From positions 139,096-203,095 of the forward strand of contig JBHLNF010000009.1 in NCBI GenBank assembly GCA_048937405.1: 64,000 nt of DNA. The letters are read 5' to 3'. The notes under the pieces were generated by a model. The model made no database searches and had not been told where the DNA came from. It saw only the letters and a program-made list of their open reading frames with translations. A program made the position numbers and the translations under genes. Below, piece after piece: positions 1-9,546 of this stretch (its first letter is position 1; each line of letters opens with the position of its first letter). The stretch comes from Promethearchaeota archaeon. Lineage in GTDB: Archaea > Asgardarchaeota > Lokiarchaeia > Sigyniarchaeales > SOKP01.

Positions 1-2
1 TG

Positions 3-332
3 GTAGCTTTGACAATTTTCCTTGTAGATGATATCTTATATATAACAATAATTATACCATTTGTTGGATTGTTTTTAGGATTAGTCCACGGATGTGGGAT
101 GAAGATCATGCTTGAGTACGGTACAGCAGAAAATACTTCAAAATATGCTACTATTAATGAGGTCTTAATAGGGATCGGTTTTGGATTAACTCCAATTGTT
201 GCAGGATATGTTGTGGAAGTGTTTATATATGGAATTCACGTTTTTGAAGTATTTTTTGGACTTATTGTTTTATTACCTCTTATATTTCTTTCTAGAAATG
301 TTAAACGGGGAAACCCAAAGAATGAAGAATAA
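3..332 (+). CDS. MFS transporter, C-terminal part (5' truncated by window edge)
   Basis: Hydrophobic helices; MFS-like segment 'YATINEVLIGIGFGLTPIVAG'; frame is open to the window start. Confidence 0.6.
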   Translation, partial: VALTIFLVDDILYITIIIPFVGLFLGLVHGCGMKIMLEYGTAENTSKYATINEVLIGIGFGLTPIVAGYVVEVFIYGIHVFEVFFGLIVLLPLIFLSRNVKRGNPKNEE

Positions 333-353
333 GTTATATCTCTATTTTATTGT

Positions 354-833
354 TTAATCGGGATTTTTACAAATCAATTTGTCTAGATGGGTTGACAGTT
401 CTGATTCCAAACTTTGATTAACTGGATATCCTTTTTCTATATGTTCTGAAACGTGATTTCTTAAAAATAGTTCAAGATCAATCGATGTTTCTAATTTCTG
501 TAAAAAAATATCATCTTCATAATTTGTATCTGTAATCCTAGAAAGGTACATATAAATTATTATACTTATAGCTTCCTCCAAATTCCTAGATCCGACTATT
601 AGAGCATAGTCTCCATCAAATAGTGATCCATGATAACTAAAGATATTTGTATTTCCCCATTTCTTAATCTTGTCCTGTAAAAAATTTAATACTCCAAGAA
701 TCTCTAAAGGTGATTTATCTGGGTTAAGTTTAAAGAATATACCACATTCAGCTTTTTGTTCATAAATAGTTAGTAAATTATTTATTTGAATTTTGAGTTT
801 AACTTTAAATTCAGAAGAATTAATTTTTGACAT
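354..833 (-). CDS. hypothetical protein
   Basis: 159-aa ATG ORF; no motif recognised. Confidence 0.6.
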   Translation of the reverse strand: MSKINSSEFKVKLKIQINNLLTIYEQKAECGIFFKLNPDKSPLEILGVLNFLQDKIKKWGNTNIFSYHGSLFDGDYALIVGSRNLEEAISIIIYMYLSRITDTNYEDDIFLQKLETSIDLELFLRNHVSEHIEKGYPVNQSLESELSTHLDKLICKNPD

Positions 834-979
834 ACAATATTATAAACAAATTAACAATTTCTATTATGATTTTCTAGCTTGAGTTATAAAAATGCAAAAA
901 TTTAAATATTTACTAACAAAAATGTAAAATGCTTTAAAATTAAAACTTAATTATAAATAATTAGAGAGGTGATACCTAT

Positions 980-1285
980 ATGATTTTTATAACTACTCAA
1001 TGGATCCCATATCATAAAACTGAAGAATGGTTCAAATTATTTCAAGAAGTTCAAGGTAAATTTCCACCTTATATAAAGAAATGGCAAACTTTCGCTGCTC
1101 CTGATAAAAATCGGGGAATAAAGGGTTATAATATTATCTTTGTAGAAAAAGGGAAAGCAGATGAAGCAGTAATCGAGGTTTCAAAATTGTTCACGCCATT
1201 CTGGAAAATTGAAGGTTTTTCAATGAAAACTGAGATGGTAATGGCAATGAGAGATGCGGTTAAGGTATTAGGTAAAAGTTTGTAA
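980..1285 (+). CDS. small hypothetical protein (possible ferredoxin-like/DUF3303-like fold)
   Basis: 101-aa ORF preceded by a GAGGTGA RBS. Confidence 0.65.
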   Translation: MIFITTQWIPYHKTEEWFKLFQEVQGKFPPYIKKWQTFAAPDKNRGIKGYNIIFVEKGKADEAVIEVSKLFTPFWKIEGFSMKTEMVMAMRDAVKVLGKSL

Positions 1286-1321
1286 TCAAGTAATAATCTA
1301 CTAATTCTTTCATTATTTTTT

Positions 1322-3385
1322 TTATTTTTCAAAATATTTTTCTATTTTAATAATCCAAGGATGATTATTAATATTTTCTACTTCATTATTTATATCCTCA
1401 TCACTTCGTAAGTTTTTAATAAAAAGATCTAATCTTTCAAATGATAACTGCTTTAGATTTTTAAGATATAAGGATACTCTATTAATTAATTCTGTATTTA
1501 AACCATCTGATTTAAGCTTACGGGAAAATATAATCTCGCTTATTAAAAGATTTATTAATTTGTTAAAATATTCAATAATATTTTTGTTTTCATCTCTTAT
1601 AATCTCATTTTCATTTATATGGATCATTATATCTGCCAATTTATTAAAAACATCATATTCCTCAAGGAATTTGAGTGGTAATCTATTAATATTATTAACA
1701 GAAATTTCTGTGGTTAAATGTGCTCCCAAATTAAATACAGAATCATAATAAAAGTTCATTACCTTTGAATTCATTAATAAGAGAAGATATTTAATACTAA
1801 ATTTATCATCTAAATTCTCCTTTGGGATTATAGCGATACAAGTACTTAAAGGATAATATTTCATATTGTCATAAGCTACAGTGAGATTTGAACTAATTGT
1901 TTGCATGATTAATTTTTCAGGTTTTTGAAATATCGATTCATCCCGAGCCCTATGGAGGGCTTTAGGGTCATAATTCACATACAAACCATTAAAATCTATA
2001 AAATAACGTCCAATATTTTTACCCCTAAGAGTTTTTTTAAACTTTTCACTAACTTTATGATCTTTTAAGAATTTTGTGTCGTTTCCAGTAGCTATACACG
2101 TTTTTGCTTCAAAATAGTCATTTAAAATAAAATCTTTATTATTTCTAATATAATTTATGATTTCAAGTTCATCATGTAAAAGTTCCAAATTAAAGTTATA
2201 ATTTTCTTGCTTTAAGTAGATGTTTTGGGGTAATTCCTTGATTAAAATATCTTTAGATGTTATTATGTTTTGTTTATTAAAATTAGTTTTTATTTTGATT
2301 TTATGAGTTTTTATTGGAAGGGTATTTTTTATAAGAATAATAACGGCTTCGGCTGTTATAGAAGGAAAAGCTCCAGCTCCAACATCAATGATTTCTTCAA
2401 TAGTAGTATGCTCAAGAAGAAATTTCCTTAGTAAATCATAATTATTAGATCTAATTATATTTTTATGAATAACAAAACAATTTATTGAAAATAAGTTGCA
2501 TATATTAATAGAGCGCTCAATAAAGATTCCAAATGTATTCATTAGACCTTTAGTGGTTTTATATCTTTCCTGGAATATTGCCTTCTCGAGAGGAGAGAGG
2601 TTTTTATTTGAAATATACGGGGGATTTTCAATTATTATATCAAAACCTCCTCTCTCCATTATTTTTGGGAATTCATAGAACCAATGAAAAGGTTTTAATG
2701 TATATAGCATTGTCTTTTCCTCTCTTTCTGTTAGATCCAATTTTTTTAAATCTTTATGGGTATGAAATAAATACTTAATTTCATCATAAAAACAGGCATT
2801 CAAATCTTTATGATTTAAAGAAGTTATTTCTGATTTGTTAATGTAGCCAATTACGGCATTACCTAATTTTAAATTAAAATGTATATTTTGCTTATCATTA
2901 TCCTTTTCATTATGAACCAAGTGTTTTATCGTAGCCAATAATCTTTTTTTTGTATTTTCAATTGCATCTTTTTCAATATCTACACCAAATAAATTACGCG
3001 AAATAATTTCTTTTTTTATCTTTAAATTTGTCCAATTTATTATTCCTAGGCTTCTCAAATTAACCATATATTTTTCTATGACTTTTAAAGCAGCAATTAA
3101 AAGGTGTCCACTTCCAACAGCAGGATCTAATACTTTCAAATCCCTTAATACTTCAAAAACATATTCAAATTGTTCTCTATCAATTTTATCAATAGTATAA
3201 ACTAAGGAACCTCTATTATCATTCTCTTTTCGAATGTATTTTTCAAATAATTCATCTATAGATATTTTATTTGTTGAAAATCTCTTATTAATTTTAGTCA
3301 CAAGAAATTTATCTATTGTAATTTGAGCAATGTAATTAGTTAAATTTTCAGGTGTGTATACTCTTCCTATCTTCTGTGAATTCAT
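1322..3385 (-). CDS. N6-adenine DNA methyltransferase, Eco57I/TaqI-like with C-terminal target-recognition domain
   Basis: GRVYTP, DPAVGSGH (motif I), FGVDI, ENPPY (motif IV); TaqI_C-like 'LRGKNIGRY...PEKLIM'. Confidence 0.85.
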   Translation of the reverse strand: MNSQKIGRVYTPENLTNYIAQITIDKFLVTKINKRFSTNKISIDELFEKYIRKENDNRGSLVYTIDKIDREQFEYVFEVLRDLKVLDPAVGSGHLLIAALKVIEKYMVNLRSLGIINWTNLKIKKEIISRNLFGVDIEKDAIENTKKRLLATIKHLVHNEKDNDKQNIHFNLKLGNAVIGYINKSEITSLNHKDLNACFYDEIKYLFHTHKDLKKLDLTEREEKTMLYTLKPFHWFYEFPKIMERGGFDIIIENPPYISNKNLSPLEKAIFQERYKTTKGLMNTFGIFIERSINICNLFSINCFVIHKNIIRSNNYDLLRKFLLEHTTIEEIIDVGAGAFPSITAEAVIILIKNTLPIKTHKIKIKTNFNKQNIITSKDILIKELPQNIYLKQENYNFNLELLHDELEIINYIRNNKDFILNDYFEAKTCIATGNDTKFLKDHKVSEKFKKTLRGKNIGRYFIDFNGLYVNYDPKALHRARDESIFQKPEKLIMQTISSNLTVAYDNMKYYPLSTCIAIIPKENLDDKFSIKYLLLLMNSKVMNFYYDSVFNLGAHLTTEISVNNINRLPLKFLEEYDVFNKLADIMIHINENEIIRDENKNIIEYFNKLINLLISEIIFSRKLKSDGLNTELINRVSLYLKNLKQLSFERLDLFIKNLRSDEDINNEVENINNHPWIIKIEKYFEK

Positions 3386-3505
3386 TTTTTATATATTAAT
3401 ATTTTATAGAGATGAAATGATAATAATTTTGATTCTCTTTTTAATAAATATAATTGAGTTAATATGAATTATTAATAACAATATTACGATCCTAATCTAG
3501 CAAAT

Positions 3506-3724
3506 ATGGAAGAATTTAGCAAACTAGATAAAAAAATTCGAAATGTCTCTTTATTAGTAATATTAATTGCAATAATAATCATTATTTTTTGGATGATAAG
3601 TTATATAGATTCTCCAGAAAATAATTCTCCATTATTAATGGCTATTGGTATTGCGCTTCTCCTCGGAGGAATATTATTATTTACAAAAGTTCAATATATT
3701 ATTTTGATGAGGAAACGTTATTAA
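3506..3724 (+). CDS. small 2-TM membrane protein
   Basis: 72 aa with two hydrophobic stretches. Confidence 0.55.
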   Translation: MEEFSKLDKKIRNVSLLVILIAIIIIIFWMISYIDSPENNSPLLMAIGIALLLGGILLFTKVQYIILMRKRY

Positions 3725-4014
3725 AAATAATCTGATATAACCAGACTGAAGCTTATTATTATATTATTAACGTAATTACTAACGGAAAAACTATACTGAT
3801 CAATAATATAATCCAAAACCAAAATGTCCCAAACATTTTAGTTTGTTTTTTATAATTATAATATTCCTCTTTAAAGCGTATTCCAACATCATATATTTCC
3901 TCTAATTTTGCTTGAAAAAAATTCGCTATTAGAATTAAAGGAAAAATAAGAAATCCATCAATATTTATTCCTCTTAAACCAAAACCTAGCGATATGATGA
4001 TTATTCCAAAATAT

Positions 4015-4210
4015 ATTGGATGCCTACAGAATGAGTGAACTACACACAGCCGAAAGGCTGTCGCTTCCTACGAGTGCGCAACCGCTTCTACTACGGGTTG
4101 GTCTGTATGTCGTAGAAAACCATTCCATCGTGTTAGGAATGATTCCTCGTTCACGGAGGATTCATGCGATAAGAAATCGAATTTATGTTTCTCTGATAAA
4201 AACCGGATCA
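4015..4210 (-). ncRNA. putative TnpB omegaRNA/reRNA: scaffold over tnpB 3' end and right end, guide from the flank
   Basis: Known TnpB architecture; scaffold 3' boundary at 4035, guide 5'-UCAUUCUGUAGGCAUCCAAU; 5' boundary is a guess. Confidence 0.55.
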
Positions 4211-5484
4211 TGATATTAATTGCTGAGTTGAGATCTCGGTCAATACGATTTCCACAATCACAAATAATAAATCTCTCAAAAATTACCCTATTTTTGAGCT
4301 TTCCACATTTGCAGCAGGCTTTTGTAGTCTTGAATTCGTCAATTCTTATTACTTTTTTACCCATTTTTTCTGCTTTGTAGGTTAAGAATTCGACAAATCG
4401 AGACAAATAGCCTGTGTTGTGAACCGAATGGTTGAGTGTGTGATTTAACCTATTCTTTTTAGCATTACCCGTTCCTTTCTTCTTTTGAGCCATCTGTTTT
4501 ACTTTTAAATCTCCAACAATAATCGTGTTCGCTTTGGTATTAGTTACAATTTGGTTTGAGAGCCAATGCTGGAAATCTTTCAGTTGATAAGCGCATTTTT
4601 TAATCATCCGAAGCAGTTTTGAATGATACCAATGCCATTTATTACTGTATCTCTTACAATGATCTCGTTTTGAGTGGACTTCTTCTATTTTTTTTTTCCA
4701 ATAGAGGTCTGCTCTTCTGTGAGTGAATTGTACTGAGTTTCCAGAAAGGTTTATCCCTACAGTTTGATTTATTCCTAAATCAATTGCTTGATAAGAGCGA
4801 TTATCATAATATTCAGGGACGTTGAGATCGTATGTGAGGGAAATATACCATCTCTCATCAGACTGAAAAAGTTCTATTTGCTTAATAGTCCCTTGAGGAA
4901 TGAGATGAGAGGGAACTTCAAATTCAAGTATGATATTCGAAGGATGTTTATGAGAGAAGATGATTGAACTCTCTTGTAATTTAAAACCAGATTGATTATA
5001 ACAAAGGGTGGTGAAATACTTCTTCCCTTTAAATCGGGGGGATCTTGCATCTTTATCTCCCTTTTTCCATAACACAAAGAAGGATTTATAGTTTGCATCG
5101 AGTTTTTTCAGTACTGTCTGGAGAACTTTTGAATATACCCATTTATATTCTGGATATTTCTCTTTTAATTCCGGTAATGCTCTTGATTGGATAAGATAAT
5201 TAAGATAGCGACGTTTTTCTCGTGGAAGATCCTTATTTTTGTACCAATTTTCCATTCGTTCAGCTAACGCAAAATTATATAAGAGGCGACATTTGTCTGA
5301 TAAGATCCAAAGAAGGAGTTCTTGCTTTTCAGAAGGGAATATCCTAATTCTTTGCGTTAGCTTCATTTCTATAATGAGAGTACACCGCAAATTAAAAAAG
5401 AGGAGTGGATAAAGATTTAGTGATTTTTTCTTCATGCTCAATTCATCATCTCCCTAAAAGGAGGTGTATTCTTGAGCTTTTGTA
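4035..5484 (-). mobile_element. IS200/IS605-family tnpB-only (IS1341-like) element, 1450 bp
   Basis: Left end follows TTTAT (5489-5485, minus) and has a subterminal hairpin (gctcaa 5436-5441 / ttgagc 5472-5477); right end has hairpin acagcc-gaaa-ggctgt (4046-4061) and ends GTTCAC; no target-site duplication; no tnpA. Confidence 0.9.
4068..5366 (-). CDS. tnpB: RNA-guided endonuclease TnpB
   Basis: N-terminal 'RIRIFPSEKQ...CRLLYNFAL', PRFK, RuvC-I AIDLG, IIVGDL, IDEFKTTKACCKCG zinc finger, RuvC-III DRDLNSAINI; start taken as ATG 5366 (ORF track starts at 5441). Confidence 0.92.
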   Translation of the reverse strand: MKLTQRIRIFPSEKQELLLWILSDKCRLLYNFALAERMENWYKNKDLPREKRRYLNYLIQSRALPELKEKYPEYKWVYSKVLQTVLKKLDANYKSFFVLWKKGDKDARSPRFKGKKYFTTLCYNQSGFKLQESSIIFSHKHPSNIILEFEVPSHLIPQGTIKQIELFQSDERWYISLTYDLNVPEYYDNRSYQAIDLGINQTVGINLSGNSVQFTHRRADLYWKKKIEEVHSKRDHCKRYSNKWHWYHSKLLRMIKKCAYQLKDFQHWLSNQIVTNTKANTIIVGDLKVKQMAQKKKGTGNAKKNRLNHTLNHSVHNTGYLSRFVEFLTYKAEKMGKKVIRIDEFKTTKACCKCGKLKNRVIFERFIICDCGNRIDRDLNSAINIMIRFLSEKHKFDFLSHESSVNEESFLTRWNGFLRHTDQPVVEAVAHS

Positions 5485-5880
5485 ATAAATTCCATTTGTT
5501 AATAATTTGCTAACAGTATCTTTGGCTCCAACCACTCTACGCATTAAAATAGTCCTTAATAATATTAATATTCCTAAAATCATTAATATTAACCCTAGAA
5601 TATCAAACCATCTTACATTAAAAGGATCTTTAAAAATTGAAGGTTTTTGAATTATTTCCTCTTCAGAAGGAATTATCATTGGCGCATAGCAAAAGAAATT
5701 AAAAAGAATGACTGAAATAATGTTAATAGTGGTGTTTTCTAATATTTCCGTATATTTATCACGATTTTTAAGAAAATAAGCAAATATCATTATAAGAACA
5801 AATAAACTTCCTATTAGGCTTAATCTAAATATCCATAATATCGACATTTTGTTCACCAAATTAATTTTTTATCATGTAAT

Positions 5881-6447
5881 TTATTCTTTTATTATTTTGA
5901 AAGGTAAATATCTTCCTACTCTATTTTTGTAGTTTTTATAATCATCGCCAAATCTTTGAAGTAGAAATTTTTCCTCATCGATGGCTTTTGAATTAAAAGT
6001 AATTATATTAAAAATAGCGATTAATAAGACAATTATAGTTGGAATTATTAGAAAAGAACCGAAAACAAGTAAAAATACCCCAAAAACGATAGGGTTTCTC
6101 ATAATTCTATAAATTCCTGTAGTAATAAGCTCAGTTTCGTCTATAGGGAGTTCAATCCTAAAGTTAATCCCAAGTGCTACAATTCCCAATATTTCCAATA
6201 AAAATCCAAATGAGATAAGAATCATCCCAGTTATAATAATCATGTCATTCGATAAGAAATTTAAATGCCAGAAAGTCTCAATTAAATTATTGAAAAATAT
6301 ATATAAGATAATCAGAACTAACCATAAGAATATCGATACCGAACTAAACTGTGTCAATATAGCAGATCCCTCATGAGTACCATGAGGATTACTACCGCTT
6401 TTTTTTACTACTATAAGAGGCCAAATAAAGCCAATAATAAATAACAA
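5881..6447 (-). CDS. isoprenylcysteine carboxyl methyltransferase family membrane protein
   Basis: LITTGIYRIMRNPI, DEEKFLLQRFG, YKNRVGRYLP; true start may be ATT 6492 after a GGTGA RBS. Confidence 0.85.
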   Translation of the reverse strand: MLFIIGFIWPLIVVKKSGSNPHGTHEGSAILTQFSSVSIFLWLVLIILYIFFNNLIETFWHLNFLSNDMIIITGMILISFGFLLEILGIVALGINFRIELPIDETELITTGIYRIMRNPIVFGVFLLVFGSFLIIPTIIVLLIAIFNIITFNSKAIDEEKFLLQRFGDDYKNYKNRVGRYLPFKIIKE

Positions 6448-6928
6448 TATAGAAATAATAAAAAATGTTTTAATATAGATTGTATCGATAATTTCTTCTC
6501 ACCACGTTTTATCCTATTACCTATTTTCTGTATAATTTAGAAATTTAACCATCCTATTGATAAGGGAAGAAATAACTCTATCCCGATCCGCTTCTATCTT
6601 ATTAATAAATCTATCAGAATGCATTATATTTAAGTCTTTTAGTCACACCTAATTTATCTAAAAAAATATTTGTGAAGGGATAATGTTAAAGGATAATCTA
6701 TGAGATTTATGAATGAATAAATAAATATTTGTGTTCTCCAATTCACTTTCCATACACTAATCTTTCTATTATATCTTAAAAGTATCAATCCAAAAGAAAT
6801 TAATATTTCATAAAAAGAGAAATTGATAAAATATCTTTTTCTTCTGACTCAACAATTCAATAGATTGTTTTTATTTGAGTACTAATTTCGAGTATTTAAA
6901 ATTATTATTAATTTTAAAAATGAAGATT

Positions 6929-7609
6929 TTAAAATATGTAATTATCCCCAACACAGACTCGCTTAAATTGATACGGATATTTTTCCTTTATAAGATTGTA
7001 ATATTGTGAACAATGACAGGCCCCAATAAAATCAATATCTTCTAAATAAAATAAATCTTTAAAACCATGAAATCCCCCTATTATTGCTTTAATTCTGGAA
7101 ATATTCTGAGTTTTTATGATAAATTTTTCTAGACCCGGATGTGCACAACCAACTAATACAACAAATTCATTATCCTCAGTTTTTAGAAAAACTGATTGCT
7201 CTGGGATAAAACTTCCTTTGATTTGTCCTGAAATAAAGAGATTTTTTTCAATTTCGATCATTTCTGAACTCCCATAGATTTGATTATTTGGAAATGCATC
7301 TGAAAACCCTTTTTCCTCATCATTTGGAACATAAACCTTGATATTCGAATTAATTTGTAATATATTTACTAAACCACCTGTATGATCAAAATGGGCGTGG
7401 GAAATAACTATGTTGCTTATAGCTGAAATTTCAACATTGAATTTTTTAATATTATGGATTAGAATATCTCCATTTCCTCCAGTATCAAATAAGGTAAAAT
7501 TTTCTGTGAAATAATTATATATTAACACTGAAAATCCAAAACCAGGTAAAAATTCCGGTTTGTGGCATTTATTATCAAAAACAATATAGATTTTAAATGA
7601 TTGGTTCAT
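6929..7609 (-). CDS. MBL-fold metallo-hydrolase
   Basis: LFDTG, SHAHFDHTGG, GCAHPG, GGFH, CHC motifs. Confidence 0.88.
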   Translation of the reverse strand: MNQSFKIYIVFDNKCHKPEFLPGFGFSVLIYNYFTENFTLFDTGGNGDILIHNIKKFNVEISAISNIVISHAHFDHTGGLVNILQINSNIKVYVPNDEEKGFSDAFPNNQIYGSSEMIEIEKNLFISGQIKGSFIPEQSVFLKTEDNEFVVLVGCAHPGLEKFIIKTQNISRIKAIIGGFHGFKDLFYLEDIDFIGACHCSQYYNLIKEKYPYQFKRVCVGDNYIF

Positions 7610-7811
7610 TTTTATTCAAATTTAATTTTTACTAACAATAATTCTATAGTTACTATTAGTCTAACTATAATGGAAATTTATTATATACAATGTAATCTTT
7701 CCTGTTGTACTAATCCAGCTTTCTTTAAAATTATTTAAACTATCTCAAAAGATCATAAAACTATTAAATTTAAATCCCCCTAGTTTATATATAATTTCAA
7801 TTTATTTCAGG

Positions 7812-8342
7812 TTGAGAACAAAAATTCCTTTCTATAAAATATGCATATGCGGAGACTTTAGTGTAGGCAAGACTACATTACTTCACCAATATTTGCAAAG
7901 GAGATTTACCCCAAATGTTGGTTCGACAATCGGATCCAATTTTTTCGCAAAATATATTAGAATTCCCAATATTAAAGATACTTTTACTTTGCAGATATGG
8001 GATTTAGCAGGACAAGATCGCTATAAGTGGGTAAGACATGAATTTTACAAAGGAGCAAAGGGAATTGTATATGTTTTTGATTTAACAAGAAGGAACACCT
8101 TCGAAAATATTAAAAAATGGAAAGATGAAACTGAGAAAGTTCTTGGAAATTTATCAAGTGTACTTGTTGGAAATAAACTTGATTTAATAAATTCTGGAAA
8201 TAGAATAGTTGAAAAACGAGAAGCAGAGAGTTTAAAAAAGAACATTTCTGCCTGTGAATATTTTGAAGCTAGTGCGAAAATAGGTACTAGTGTAGAAGAA
8301 TTCTTTTTGAAATTAGTATCACATATATATAAAACATCCTAA
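7812..8342 (+). CDS. Rab-like small GTPase (Ras superfamily)
   Basis: G1 GDFSVGKT, G2 STIG, G3 WDLAGQ, G4 NKLD, G5 EASAK; no C-terminal cysteine prenylation motif. Confidence 0.92.
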   Translation: MRTKIPFYKICICGDFSVGKTTLLHQYLQRRFTPNVGSTIGSNFFAKYIRIPNIKDTFTLQIWDLAGQDRYKWVRHEFYKGAKGIVYVFDLTRRNTFENIKKWKDETEKVLGNLSSVLVGNKLDLINSGNRIVEKREAESLKKNISACEYFEASAKIGTSVEEFFLKLVSHIYKTS

Positions 8343-8448
8343 ATACTCTTAAAATTAAGTTATGAGAGAATTAATAGGTGAATACTTAATTTATTCATTG
8401 TTTGAACCTTAAAAAAAACTATAAAAGTAATTAGTTCTTCGAATAAGA

Positions 8449-9285
8449 TTAAAAGAAAATAAACGATTCTAAATTAAGTAATCCAAATCCACTTTCTAAT
8501 AATTCACCCAAGCGAGAAATAAAACGGGTTGCAGGAGCTCCATCTACAACGTCATGATTAATTAAAACTGTAACTGCTAAATAGTCTCTAATTTCAATTT
8601 TTTCCTCAATTACACCTGGTTTTTTAGTTATTGCTCCAATACCAAAAGCTAGAGGGTGAGTTGTTGTTGGTATTGGCCATCCGTGAAGTTTTCCAAACAT
8701 ACCTACCGAAGTAACTATGATGGTTCCCATAAGTTGCTTGATTTTTCTTGGATCTCTAAATTTATTCTTTAGAAGGAATGTTCTAATGAATTTCGGTAAA
8801 GCCACATATGTCTTTACATTTTTCTTCATACTGTGATTTCCTAATACTGTTGCTTCGCTAATTTTTTCAGATTGAGCTCTCCTAATTTCTTCATTGATTT
8901 GTTTAATTGTTTTTTTATTGGTTTGTCTAATGATAAGTGGTATAGGAGTCTTTACTCCTTCAATTGTCCTCTCAATACTTACAGAAATATCAACATCCTC
9001 GAATTGGATGATCTTATTCTTTCCCATCATCATAGAATGAACTTCCTTATATTCACTAGCCGCTTGTCCAACACATTTAAGAAACCATGCAGTAAATGAT
9101 ATTTTTTCTCCAGTGTTCTTTTCATGTTCCTGAATTTTCTTCCTACCTTCTGTTACATCAAATTCAATTAAACCTTTTACATAATGCTTTTTTGCGCCTA
9201 ATGATAGGAAGTCTAGAGTAGGGATTCTAACTTTTGGGAATTCGATAATCTTATAGTGACCGATATTGCTTAATTCTTTCATCAT
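8449..9285 (-). CDS. 2-oxo-acid dehydrogenase E2-like acyltransferase, stand-alone catalytic domain
   Basis: GTIIVTSVGMFG and HDVVDGAPATRF (HxxxDG); no lipoyl domain. Confidence 0.85.
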   Translation of the reverse strand: MMKELSNIGHYKIIEFPKVRIPTLDFLSLGAKKHYVKGLIEFDVTEGRKKIQEHEKNTGEKISFTAWFLKCVGQAASEYKEVHSMMMGKNKIIQFEDVDISVSIERTIEGVKTPIPLIIRQTNKKTIKQINEEIRRAQSEKISEATVLGNHSMKKNVKTYVALPKFIRTFLLKNKFRDPRKIKQLMGTIIVTSVGMFGKLHGWPIPTTTHPLAFGIGAITKKPGVIEEKIEIRDYLAVTVLINHDVVDGAPATRFISRLGELLESGFGLLNLESFIFF

Positions 9286-9546
9286 TAATGGTTTTTTTAA
9301 ATTGAAATTAATTCTATGATAGTCTAGATCCTACAATTTATAAACTTGATCTAGCAAATAAATACCAATTTTTCTTATTTTATTAGTTCAATATTCTTTT
9401 CTTTCTCTATTATCAAGCATTTAAATAAATTGCCTATATAGTCGTGTTGTATCAATATAGAAAAGAAAATATTATTAGCAATTATGTTCTAAACTTTATT
9501 AGAGTTAATCAAAAAATACCTTTTTGAATAACAAAGCGATAAGATC

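Larger units (their letters stand above)
3759..5859 (-). pseudogene. isoprenylcysteine carboxyl methyltransferase (ICMT/PEMT) family gene interrupted by an IS; parts 5859-5485 and 4034-3759
   Basis: Joining the parts reads in frame ...KLLTNGIY|SFCRHPIYFG...QAKLEE..., the family GIYxxxRHPxY motif; stop TAA at 3761-3759. Confidence 0.9.

Noticed and set aside
4035-5484. IStron (group I intron-IS chimera) that would splice out of the host mRNA
   Set aside because: Only about 120 bp lie between the left end and the tnpB start, too short for a group I intron core.
5446-5859. 137-aa ORF as a complete gene
   Set aside because: Its last 12 residues come from the IS left end; it is the 5' half of the interrupted gene.
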